Shown here: one piece after another, positions 39,689-48,971 of the stretch | How the letters are laid out: each line of letters starts with the position of its first letter | Numbering within the stretch: position 1 is the first letter of the stretch | NCBI GenBank assembly: GCA_964487545.1 | Contig: CAZARI010000004.1 | Span: forward strand, 42,365 to 106,364 | Direction: 5' to 3' | DNA from: an uncultured Cryomorphaceae bacterium | GTDB lineage: Bacteria; Bacteroidota; Bacteroidia; Flavobacteriales_D; SKUL01 | Length of the DNA stretch: 64,000 nt | Translations under genes and position numbers: made by a program | Notes under the pieces: model-generated | Database searches by the model: none | The model's input: the letters and a program-made list of their open reading frames with translations, nothing else | Told to the model about the DNA's origin: nothing

Positions 39689-42600
39689 ATGTTCAATAAA
39701 TATTTCGGATTGGTTGTGTTATTGCTGACCTTTTCACTGGCTTCTGTCAAGGCTCAGCTTGTAGTCAACACTGGCGGCTCCCCCGCTCAGCTCGCAGAAA
39801 TGCTTTCAGGTCAGGGTGTTCAGATTCTGAACCCCCAAATTACTTGCCCTACTGGTGGTTGGGGAACATACGATGCCAATGTTCCATCATTTACTTCCGA
39901 AGAGGGAATCATTCTGGCCACTGGCCTTGTCACCAACGCCATAGGGCCCAACAACGTTGAGGACAGATCGACCAACTTTAATGCTCCGGGAAACTCAATG
40001 CTAACCGCCGTTTCGGGTTTTTCCACCCGAGATGCGTGCATGTTCAAATTCGACATTATCCCACAAGGTGATTCGCTAAAATTCGATTTTGTTTTTGCAT
40101 CCGAAGAATATCAGGAATATGTAGGAACAGCCTATAATGATGTCTTTGGGTTTTTCATTTCAGGTCCGGGTATTGTCGGCGATCCAGGACTGGGGTCATT
40201 TAAGAATATCGCGTTAATTCCTGGCACAAACACAGGGGTAACGATTAATAATATCAACCACGGTAACTTCAATATATGGCCTCCCTACGGCGCCCAAAAT
40301 CCACAGTACTTTCACCCCAACCCGCTCAGTCCAAACGCCATGATACAGTATGACGGATGGACGGTGAATCTGCAAGCCCTTGCACAGGTAGTACCCTGCC
40401 AGACGTACGAATTGCGGCTAATCATTGCCGATGCAACCGACAATGTTTGGGACTCAGGCGTTTTTATCGAAAAAATTGAAAGTAACAACGTTCAGCTCTC
40501 ATCCACTACCATTGGCGGAACTGATCGCATGATTGAAGGTTGCAACGATGGTATTGTCACCTTTACACGTCAAAATGTAACCAACGAACCTTTGGTTGTT
40601 GAGTACTACTTGCAAGGGACTGCCATCAACGGATTGGACTATGTTCAGATCGGCAACCCCAATCCGAACGTTGCGAAAACCATTACCATTCCGGCCAACC
40701 AAGCTACTGCTTCGCTATTGATTGAACCGATTGCAGATGGAATTCCCGAAGGACTGGAATTTGTTCAAATTCTGATCGGTAACCCGCAATGTGCAAATGC
40801 CATCAGCGATAGCTTAAGCTTTTTCATACAAGATTCCCTGGCTGTGTATGTGGATCCTCCCCTTGCCAATATCTGCGAGGGAGATGGTGTCACTTTCACC
40901 GTTACGGAAGGCGGAACCGCTTTTAGCTGGTCACCGCCCACTTTCCTCAATGATCCGAATATCAAAGAGCCCACGGCCCAAAACGTAACAGCCAATACCA
41001 CTTATACCCTGACCACAACATTGTCTGAATGTGTCGCTACAGCAACGTCAACGATCACTACTGAGAATGTGTTGATACAGTTATCCCCCGAGCACCTGTC
41101 GTGCAACGGATCCAACGACGGAAGCATCTCGGCTACGATCAGTGGCGGCCAGCCCAATTACAGTTATAGCTGGACAGGACCAAACGGATATACGTCTTCG
41201 CAACAGAACATAACCAACCTGACTCCAGGAACTTATACACTGGTCGTTAACGATCAGAATAACTGCCAGAGTTCAGAAAGCATCACCATAACGCAGCCCG
41301 CACCATTGGCTATTTCGTTAGAAAGCCCTGAGTATACCGGTGGTTTTAACATTTCCTGCTTTGGTGGATCGGATGGGAGCGTTATCGCTTCCGTTTTGGG
41401 AGGTACTTCGCCTTACACCTTCAGCTGGAACGATCCAGACAATCAAACCAGTGTTAACCCCAGTGGACTTATAGTAGGGACATATCAGGTTACCGTAACG
41501 GATGCCAATGGTTGCGTTACCACAGCAAGCATTACATTGAGTGAACCATCTGCTGTTACTGCATTCATCATTGCCCGGCAAGATGTGCTTTGTCATGGAG
41601 AAAACACGGGTTCGGCAACGGTTCAAGCCGGAGGCGGAGTAGGAAACTACACTTACAGTTGGAATACTACTCCTCCTCAATTCGGATCCACGGCTTCAAA
41701 CCTGACGGCTGGTGTCTATTCTGTCACTGTAACTGACGGGAATAACTGCTCGACTACTATTTCGGTGAACATTGACGAACCGGAAGCTCCAATAACAATC
41801 AGCACTTCACAGCAGAATGTTTTGTGCTTTGGCGGTACAACAGGAATGGTCTCTGCTGCTGCCACCGGTGGTTTCGGAACGTTGACATACACTTGGAACA
41901 CAACACCTGTTCAAACCGGACAAATGGCTGTCAACCTAGGTGCAGGAACGTATATGGTGACTGTGATAGATGAAAACGGCTGTACAGAAAATGCGTTGGT
42001 GACCATCACCCAGCCGGCTTCAGCCCTTGGTGTATCGCTGATAAACAGCACTGACGTATTATGCCATGGAGAGGCAAACGGCGGCGCCACCGTGCAGGCC
42101 TCCGGCGGAACTCCACCGTATAACTACTCTTGGAATACCACTCCGCCGCAGACCAGTGCAACAGCATCCAATCTGTCGGCAGGCAATTACGAAGTAACCG
42201 TAACCGACAACAACGGGTGTACTCAAAACCTGATTGTTGTTATTGACGAGCCCGCAGAAACGCTATCGCTGCAACTGAATTCCCAGCAAAATGTAAATTG
42301 CTTCGGAGCGTCGACCGGATCGGCAACCGTTTCCGCATCTGGTGGCACTGGCAATTACACTTATACCTGGAACACCTCTCCAGTCACAACAGGATCAACA
42401 ATGAGCGGCGTTCCTGCTGGCAGCTATACGGTTACCGTAACGGACGAAAACAACTGTACTGACCAGCTCACTGTTGAAATTACACAACCGGCAGCTCCAT
42501 TGCAGGCCGATATCACCAACATTCAGCACGTGCTGTGCCACGGCGATGCTTCCGGATCTGCGACCGTAACCCCTTCGGGCGGAACACCCGGCTACACCTA

Positions 42601-45600
42601 CCTATGGAACGATCCAGCCACACAAACCACCGCTACGGCCACCGGTCTTACCACTGGATCCTATAATGTAACCGTTACCGATGCGAACGGCTGTACCGGC
42701 ACCATTAACGTTACCATCAACCAACCTTCATCACCACTCAACGCAAGTATTATCAGCCAGACGGATGTACTTTGCTACGGAAACGCAACCGGATCGGCAA
42801 CCATTCAAGCCATTGGAGGCTCAGGATCATACGCCTACTTGTGGACACCGGGTGGCTACACCACTTCAACCGCATCGAATTTAGCCGCCGGTACTTATAC
42901 CGTTCAGGTATTTGATAACAACGGTTGTGCGACACCTTTTGAAATCACCGTGGAGATTAATCAACCTTCCGAGGGACTGGAGGCAGACCTGACCAGCCCC
43001 ATCATAGTTGGTGGCTGGAACATTGCTTGTAACGGAGATGCATCTGGGTCGATTAATTTGGATGTTAGCGGTGGAACTGCGCCATACGAATACATGTGGT
43101 TCGAAGCCAATGGCGATACCACTTACGCGCAAAACCTGAGCAACGTAATTGCCGGAACGTACACCGTCATCATTTTCGATCAAAGCGAATGTACTTTGGA
43201 AGCCTCGATTTTACTGACTCAACCCGATCCGATTGATGTCACTTTTGAAATGACACCTTCGCTATGCTTCGGAAGCAACGAAGGAGAAATAAAACTCGAA
43301 GCATTTGGCGGAACACCTGGATATAATTTCTTCTGGGAAGGACCGGGTGGATTCACCTCCACCTCACCAGATCTGTTTGAACTGTTCGGTGGAATCTACG
43401 AACTAACCGTAACCGATACCAATGGTTGTGTTTTCACCTCGCCGGTCACGGTTACTCAACCAGAGGATATTGAAATTCTCACCGAATCGCTGAGTATCTA
43501 TCCCGGAGGGTGGAATGTATCATGTCACGATTCGGAAGACGGAAATATAGATATTTCTGCTTCGGGCGGTAGCACACCCTACAACTTTATCTGGCATGGT
43601 CCGAACAACCCTTTCTTCTCTAATGATGAAGACGTTAACGGTGTTTCTGGTGGGACGTATGAGGTGGTGCTGATCGACGATAACAACTGTATTCAAAATC
43701 ACTTTGTGACCCTTGAAGCACCCGATTCGATACTAATTAACCTCGATGCATTTCAGTTTCCTGGTGGAGCCGAATTGAGCTGTGCCGGTGCTAGCGACGG
43801 AAGTATAACATCGGTGGTAAGCGGCGGAACGCCGGACTACTCATACAACTGGAGCGGGCCGGTAGGTTTTCCCGGTGCTATTTCAGAAAACCTAGACTAC
43901 CTGCCTGAGGGAACTTATGTATTAGAGATTACGGATATCAACGGATGTATTTCTGAGCAAGCCGTGCGCATAGACCCACCACTGCCATTGCAGGTCAGCG
44001 CCTTTAGCGCGGGATATTTTGGAAGCTATAATATTTCATGTAACGGCGGATCCGACGGTAGCATTGAGCTTACCATCAATGGTGGCGTGCCGGGGTATAC
44101 CGTCAACTGGCAAGGTCCAAATGGCTACTCTTCAACAGAAGTCAACCCAACAGGTCTTTCTGCCGGATTCTACTGCGCAACCGTTACCGACATCAATGGC
44201 TGTGACGAAGTTATTTGCATTACCCTTACCGAGCCCAACGAGCTTGTTGGCACCCCAACGGCATTCGAGTTTGACGGAGGTTGGAACATCGACTGCTATG
44301 GAAACGCCAGCGGAAACATTACTACAACCGTTTCGGGAGGTACCGCACCGTACACCTATTCATGGGACGGCCCTGGATTCTTTACTTCCAATCAAGCCGA
44401 CCTATCACTGATCGGTGCAGGGTTGTATTGCCTTACCATTACCGATGCAAACGGTTGCACCTTTGAAACCTGTATCGACCTGACCCAACCCGATCCGATG
44501 AACATCAGTTTTGCAGTGAGCGACTATAACGGTGAGCCGCTAACTTGTACTGGCGCCGACGACGCTAGCTTAACGGCTGAGGTATCAGGCGGTACTGTAG
44601 GATACAATTACCAATGGAGCGGTCCAAATGGATTCACCGCATCAACGGCAACCATCAGCAACCTTATTGCAGGAGTGTACTGCGTAACCGTAACCGACGT
44701 CAACAATTGCTCAGAAACCAATTGCTTTGAGATCAGCGAGCCGCAACCTATTCAGATAACGCTTTCCTCCCCAACCTATGCTGGCGGATGGCATATCGAC
44801 TGTAACGGGGCCTCTACTGGTTCAATCGCAGCAACAGTCATCGGAGGCGTTGGAGGATACAGCTATCAGTGGAGCGGCCCGAATGGCTTTACTTCCGGAT
44901 CGCTAAACCTCAATAACCTCCAAGCCGGTGTATACTGCTTGGAAGTAACCGATGTAAATAGCTGCGTTGAAATGAATTGCATTTCACTGACGCAACCTGA
45001 CGCACTTGCTGCCAGTCCATCCGTACTACCCGTTGCCTGCAACTCGGAGGCCACAGGTAGCATCGACCTCAACCTTTCGGGAGGAACATTGCCTTATACC
45101 ATTAGCTGGAACAACGGCGCCAGCACCGAAGTAATCAGCAATCTCGAAGCCGGAATCTATACTGCAACGATAATCGACGCCAACAACTGCGTGATTCAGG
45201 AGATAGTGGAAATTGAACAACCCGAAAACCTACAACTCACTTTGAGTAGCCCTACTTTTATCGGAGGCTACAATATTGACTGTAATGGCGCTTCAACCGG
45301 ATACATCGGAAACAATGTAGTGGGTGGAACAGCACCTTACATCTACTCGTGGAGTGGACCAAACGGTTTCAGCTCGACAGACAGCAGTCTGACAAACGTG
45401 CCGGCTGGAACATACTGCCTCAACATCATCGACAACAACGGTTGCGAGGCGTCCGCCTGCATCACCCTAACCGAACCTGACGAACTCACGATAAACATCA
45501 ATGAGATAGCAGAAATCCTTTGTACCAACGGAACCGATGGAGCATTGCAAGCTGTAGTAAATGGCGGCAACGCTAGCTACGCGTATAGCTGGACTGGCCC

Positions 45601-47989
45601 TGATGGATACACAGCCATTTCACAAACCATTTCTGGATTATCGGCCGGAGTATATTGTGTAACCGTGACCGACATCAACGGTTGTTCCACTCAAAACTGT
45701 ATTGCGATTGATCATCCAGATCCAATTATTGTTGAGCTGGATTCCCCTGAATTTGCTGGCGGATACAACATCAATTGCTATCAGGGCGACGATGGTTCCA
45801 TTTCGCTGAGTGCCAGCGGAGGCACCGGTGACTTTACCTATTTCTGGAACGGACCAAATGGATTTACCGCATCTACACCCAACATTGCCGGTTTGGAAGC
45901 TGGTGAATACTGTGTGGTGGTTGTTGACGAAAACAACTGCGTCAGTGAAGCTTGTATCGTGCTTACCGAACCCGAAGCCCTGGATGTGGCACTGACTCCT
46001 TCAATACATATTGGAGAGAATAACATCTCCTGTTTTGAAGCATGCGATGGAACCCTCAACGCAACCGTGACGGGCGGCGCAGGGCCATTAACCTATGCGT
46101 GGACCGGACCCGATGGATTCACTGCAAGTGATACTGCTTTGACCGGGTTGTGTGCAGGAACTTATGTTTTAATGACCACCGACGCCAACAACTGCGTAAA
46201 AACAGATTCGTTTACACTGGTGCAACCTGAACTGCTGGACATTGAACTTGAAAGCCCAACCTACGGTGGAGGTGCCAGTGTCAGTTGCTACGGTGGAAAT
46301 AACGGGGCCATTATAAGTACCGTTTCGGGGGGAACCCTCAACTACACCTACTCGTGGGATGGTCCTGATGGATACACCTCTAGTGGCCCGATCATCGACG
46401 CGCTCTATGCTGGACTCTATACGCTGACCATCACTGATGCCAACGGTTGTGTGACTACCGAAGAGGTGGAAGTAACTGAACCTGCTGACTCACTTTATGC
46501 CATTGCCGAACCATTTGTATACCCTGGTGGGACGAACATAAGCTGCCACGGAGCAAGCGACGGATCCATTGACCTGACCGTGTATGGTGGCATCGGTCCG
46601 TTTACCTATAACTGGAGCGGTGCTTTCAGCTTCACCTCTCAGGACGAAGACATCTTTGACCTCGAAGCGGGAGTATACAGCGTAGTGATCCTCGACGCAA
46701 ATGAATGTACTTTCTCAGTTAACGTAACCCTTACCGAACCCGATGAAGTGCTTTCGGCCGAATTAATCACAAACAATGTTTCCTGCAATGCAGGCAGCGA
46801 TGGCCAGATCACTGCCGATGTATCTGGCGGCACCCAACCATACCATTTTGAATGGCAGGGACCTGATGGGTTCACCAGCGATGAAGACAGCCTGAGCAAC
46901 ATTTCAGCCGGTATTTATATCGTAACGATTACTGATGTCAACGGATGTACAACCGAGACTATGGTAGAAGTTACCGAACCCGATGCGATTGTTGTTTCTG
47001 CAGAAATTGACCACGCCACTTGTGATGCGAGCGATGGTTCGATAGCTGTGAATGCGTCAGGTGGCACCGGCGAACTCAGCTACCTGTGGAGCACAGGAGC
47101 CGAAACCGCATCGATCGAAAACCTGATAGGAGGTAGCTACACGCTAACTGTGATTGACGAAAATGGTTGTGAAGTAGTCAACTCATACGAGGTGGACGGT
47201 CACAATCCGTTGGTGCTTGAGCTCAATCCGCAAGATCTACTCTGCCATGCCGACTCTACCGGAGAACTCTCGGCCGAAGTGCTGAATGCTACTCCACCTG
47301 TTCAATACGAATGGAGCGGTCCGGATGGATTCGAGTCAAGTGACCCAGTACTGATGGACTTGCACGCGGGCGAATACACATTGACCGTTACTGATGGTAA
47401 CAATTGTTCGGCCACGGCCACAACCACCGTTTCTCAACCCGCTCCGCTAGACATGGACGACCTGTTCAGCCCCTACCCTGTTTCGGGAGTTAATTACAAC
47501 GTTTCCACTCCGGGTGGTGCTGACGGTTCCATTATGAACCTCCAAATCTCGGGTGGATCCGGCGGCTATACGGCCGACTGGACCGGTCCGGGTGGATTTG
47601 AGGACAGCGGCACCGGTGGGCTAACCGGACTTTCTTCGGGAACCTACACCGTTACCGTTACCGACATGAACGGTTGTTCGATTAGCCAGAGCATCACCCT
47701 GACCGAACCGTATGAATTGGAATTGCCAAACGGATTTTCTCCCAACGGTGATTTAAACAACGATGACCTCATCATTCGCGGAATTGATCTGTTTCCACAA
47801 AACGAACTGATCATCTTTAACCGCTGGGGTAATATTGTGTACTCCGAGCAAAATTACAGCAACGATACCCCTTGGGGTGGGATCTCTAAAAACGGCTCTG
47901 AACTTCCCGATGGAACCTACTTCATGGTGGTGAAAATCAACACCGGCGAAGCAAAAGAACTAAAGGGATATCTTGAACTGAGACGATAA
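39689..47989 (+). CDS. Giant T9SS type-B cargo / SprB-repeat adhesin (choice-of-anchor-L-like head, Calx-beta-like module, ~27 SprB repeats, gliding-motility-associated CTD)
   Basis: Uninterrupted 8.3-kb ORF starting at GTG 39686 or ATG 39689, with a signal peptide ending VKAQ. The head carries FASEEYQEYVGTAYNDVFGFF. The repeats follow CxGxxxGxI..GGxxPYxYxW...GxYxVTVTDxNGC. The C-terminus reads LPNGFSPNGDLNNDDL...DGTYFMVVKIN...GYLELRR. Confidence 0.85.
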   Translation: MFNKYFGLVVLLLTFSLASVKAQLVVNTGGSPAQLAEMLSGQGVQILNPQITCPTGGWGTYDANVPSFTSEEGIILATGLVTNAIGPNNVEDRSTNFNAPGNSMLTAVSGFSTRDACMFKFDIIPQGDSLKFDFVFASEEYQEYVGTAYNDVFGFFISGPGIVGDPGLGSFKNIALIPGTNTGVTINNINHGNFNIWPPYGAQNPQYFHPNPLSPNAMIQYDGWTVNLQALAQVVPCQTYELRLIIADATDNVWDSGVFIEKIESNNVQLSSTTIGGTDRMIEGCNDGIVTFTRQNVTNEPLVVEYYLQGTAINGLDYVQIGNPNPNVAKTITIPANQATASLLIEPIADGIPEGLEFVQILIGNPQCANAISDSLSFFIQDSLAVYVDPPLANICEGDGVTFTVTEGGTAFSWSPPTFLNDPNIKEPTAQNVTANTTYTLTTTLSECVATATSTITTENVLIQLSPEHLSCNGSNDGSISATISGGQPNYSYSWTGPNGYTSSQQNITNLTPGTYTLVVNDQNNCQSSESITITQPAPLAISLESPEYTGGFNISCFGGSDGSVIASVLGGTSPYTFSWNDPDNQTSVNPSGLIVGTYQVTVTDANGCVTTASITLSEPSAVTAFIIARQDVLCHGENTGSATVQAGGGVGNYTYSWNTTPPQFGSTASNLTAGVYSVTVTDGNNCSTTISVNIDEPEAPITISTSQQNVLCFGGTTGMVSAAATGGFGTLTYTWNTTPVQTGQMAVNLGAGTYMVTVIDENGCTENALVTITQPASALGVSLINSTDVLCHGEANGGATVQASGGTPPYNYSWNTTPPQTSATASNLSAGNYEVTVTDNNGCTQNLIVVIDEPAETLSLQLNSQQNVNCFGASTGSATVSASGGTGNYTYTWNTSPVTTGSTMSGVPAGSYTVTVTDENNCTDQLTVEITQPAAPLQADITNIQHVLCHGDASGSATVTPSGGTPGYTYLWNDPATQTTATATGLTTGSYNVTVTDANGCTGTINVTINQPSSPLNASIISQTDVLCYGNATGSATIQAIGGSGSYAYLWTPGGYTTSTASNLAAGTYTVQVFDNNGCATPFEITVEINQPSEGLEADLTSPIIVGGWNIACNGDASGSINLDVSGGTAPYEYMWFEANGDTTYAQNLSNVIAGTYTVIIFDQSECTLEASILLTQPDPIDVTFEMTPSLCFGSNEGEIKLEAFGGTPGYNFFWEGPGGFTSTSPDLFELFGGIYELTVTDTNGCVFTSPVTVTQPEDIEILTESLSIYPGGWNVSCHDSEDGNIDISASGGSTPYNFIWHGPNNPFFSNDEDVNGVSGGTYEVVLIDDNNCIQNHFVTLEAPDSILINLDAFQFPGGAELSCAGASDGSITSVVSGGTPDYSYNWSGPVGFPGAISENLDYLPEGTYVLEITDINGCISEQAVRIDPPLPLQVSAFSAGYFGSYNISCNGGSDGSIELTINGGVPGYTVNWQGPNGYSSTEVNPTGLSAGFYCATVTDINGCDEVICITLTEPNELVGTPTAFEFDGGWNIDCYGNASGNITTTVSGGTAPYTYSWDGPGFFTSNQADLSLIGAGLYCLTITDANGCTFETCIDLTQPDPMNISFAVSDYNGEPLTCTGADDASLTAEVSGGTVGYNYQWSGPNGFTASTATISNLIAGVYCVTVTDVNNCSETNCFEISEPQPIQITLSSPTYAGGWHIDCNGASTGSIAATVIGGVGGYSYQWSGPNGFTSGSLNLNNLQAGVYCLEVTDVNSCVEMNCISLTQPDALAASPSVLPVACNSEATGSIDLNLSGGTLPYTISWNNGASTEVISNLEAGIYTATIIDANNCVIQEIVEIEQPENLQLTLSSPTFIGGYNIDCNGASTGYIGNNVVGGTAPYIYSWSGPNGFSSTDSSLTNVPAGTYCLNIIDNNGCEASACITLTEPDELTININEIAEILCTNGTDGALQAVVNGGNASYAYSWTGPDGYTAISQTISGLSAGVYCVTVTDINGCSTQNCIAIDHPDPIIVELDSPEFAGGYNINCYQGDDGSISLSASGGTGDFTYFWNGPNGFTASTPNIAGLEAGEYCVVVVDENNCVSEACIVLTEPEALDVALTPSIHIGENNISCFEACDGTLNATVTGGAGPLTYAWTGPDGFTASDTALTGLCAGTYVLMTTDANNCVKTDSFTLVQPELLDIELESPTYGGGASVSCYGGNNGAIISTVSGGTLNYTYSWDGPDGYTSSGPIIDALYAGLYTLTITDANGCVTTEEVEVTEPADSLYAIAEPFVYPGGTNISCHGASDGSIDLTVYGGIGPFTYNWSGAFSFTSQDEDIFDLEAGVYSVVILDANECTFSVNVTLTEPDEVLSAELITNNVSCNAGSDGQITADVSGGTQPYHFEWQGPDGFTSDEDSLSNISAGIYIVTITDVNGCTTETMVEVTEPDAIVVSAEIDHATCDASDGSIAVNASGGTGELSYLWSTGAETASIENLIGGSYTLTVIDENGCEVVNSYEVDGHNPLVLELNPQDLLCHADSTGELSAEVLNATPPVQYEWSGPDGFESSDPVLMDLHAGEYTLTVTDGNNCSATATTTVSQPAPLDMDDLFSPYPVSGVNYNVSTPGGADGSIMNLQISGGSGGYTADWTGPGGFEDSGTGGLTGLSSGTYTVTVTDMNGCSISQSITLTEPYELELPNGFSPNGDLNNDDLIIRGIDLFPQNELIIFNRWGNIVYSEQNYSNDTPWGGISKNGSELPDGTYFMVVKINTGEAKELKGYLELRR
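41068..47710 (+). repeat. Array of about 27 tandem ~82-aa SprB-type protein repeats (coding)
   Basis: I counted 26 units with the conserved Cys-x-G...GG..Y.Y.W...TVTD.NGC pattern, plus one degenerate terminal unit. The DNA copies are diverged and I saw no long identical stretches. Confidence 0.8.
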
Positions 47990-48016
47990 TAAGATCAATA
48001 GACAAAGTCTGACGAT

Positions 48017-48946
48017 ATGAAAAAGTTAATTTTAATTTGCATCACTTCTCTGGTCTTTTCGGGAGTATATGCCCAACAAGAAGTCATGGTGAGCCATTAC
48101 ATGTTTAATGGTTTATTTCTGAACCCGGCTTATGCCGGCAGCCATCCATACATGACTGCTACTTTGCTTCACCGCAGCCAATGGGTAGGGATGGACGGTG
48201 CGCCAAGCACACAGGTGTTCGGATTTGACACCCCATTGTTTGACAATGCGCTGGGTGCAGGGTTGTCGGTTATCAACGACCGAATTGGCGACACCCGTCA
48301 ACTGGAAATAAACGCAAACGTGTCGTATCATTTGCGACTGGACGCCGAAAACAAACACCGGCTGTCGTTTGGTATCCGGGCCGGTGCAACCAACTACTCG
48401 GCAAAGCTAACCGACACCAAAGTGTGGGACACCAACGACCCCGTTTTTTCGCAGGACATCAACAATGAGCTCATCCCGCGATTTGGTGCCGGAATATACT
48501 ACTACAGCGACCGCATGTACGCGGGCATATCGGTGCCTACCATCTATGCTGCCGATAAGAATATCGTTTTAAATATCGACGATGTGCGAAATTCGTACTA
48601 TACCAAACACTACTTTTTTAATGCAGGAGTGGTGTTTGATGTGGGCACACGCTGGAAAATCAAACCATCAACTTTAATAAAGTTCGAAACCAGTGCACCG
48701 GTGAATGTGGATATCAACTGCAATGTACTTTACAACGAACTGATCTGGCTGGGTGTGTCCTATCGCACGGGCGATGCCGTTGTAGCACTGTTGGATGTAA
48801 ATGTTACGCCCCAATTTCGCGTGGGATATGCCTATGACTTTACCCTGTCGCAACTGAACAGGCATTCGCACGGAACCCACGAAATTATGCTCGGATATCA
48901 ATTCGGCAAGGATAAAATTAAAACCAGATCACCAAGATACTTCTAA
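48017..48946 (+). CDS. PorP/SprF-family type IX secretion system membrane protein
   Basis: 309 aa with a signal peptide ending VYAQ. The N-terminal SHYMFNGLFLNPAYAG is a family signature, and the C-terminus ends ...SPRYF. It sits directly downstream of a type-B CTD cargo. Confidence 0.8.
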   Translation: MKKLILICITSLVFSGVYAQQEVMVSHYMFNGLFLNPAYAGSHPYMTATLLHRSQWVGMDGAPSTQVFGFDTPLFDNALGAGLSVINDRIGDTRQLEINANVSYHLRLDAENKHRLSFGIRAGATNYSAKLTDTKVWDTNDPVFSQDINNELIPRFGAGIYYYSDRMYAGISVPTIYAADKNIVLNIDDVRNSYYTKHYFFNAGVVFDVGTRWKIKPSTLIKFETSAPVNVDINCNVLYNELIWLGVSYRTGDAVVALLDVNVTPQFRVGYAYDFTLSQLNRHSHGTHEIMLGYQFGKDKIKTRSPRYF

Positions 48947-48971
48947 CAACATGCTACCAATTCACCCCATT

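Noticed and set aside
39686-47989. Regular ~240-nt periodicity that could be mistaken for a CRISPR array or satellite repeat.
   Set aside because: The whole stretch is one open reading frame. The periodicity is at protein-domain level (SprB repeats), and there are no short identical direct repeats with unique spacers.
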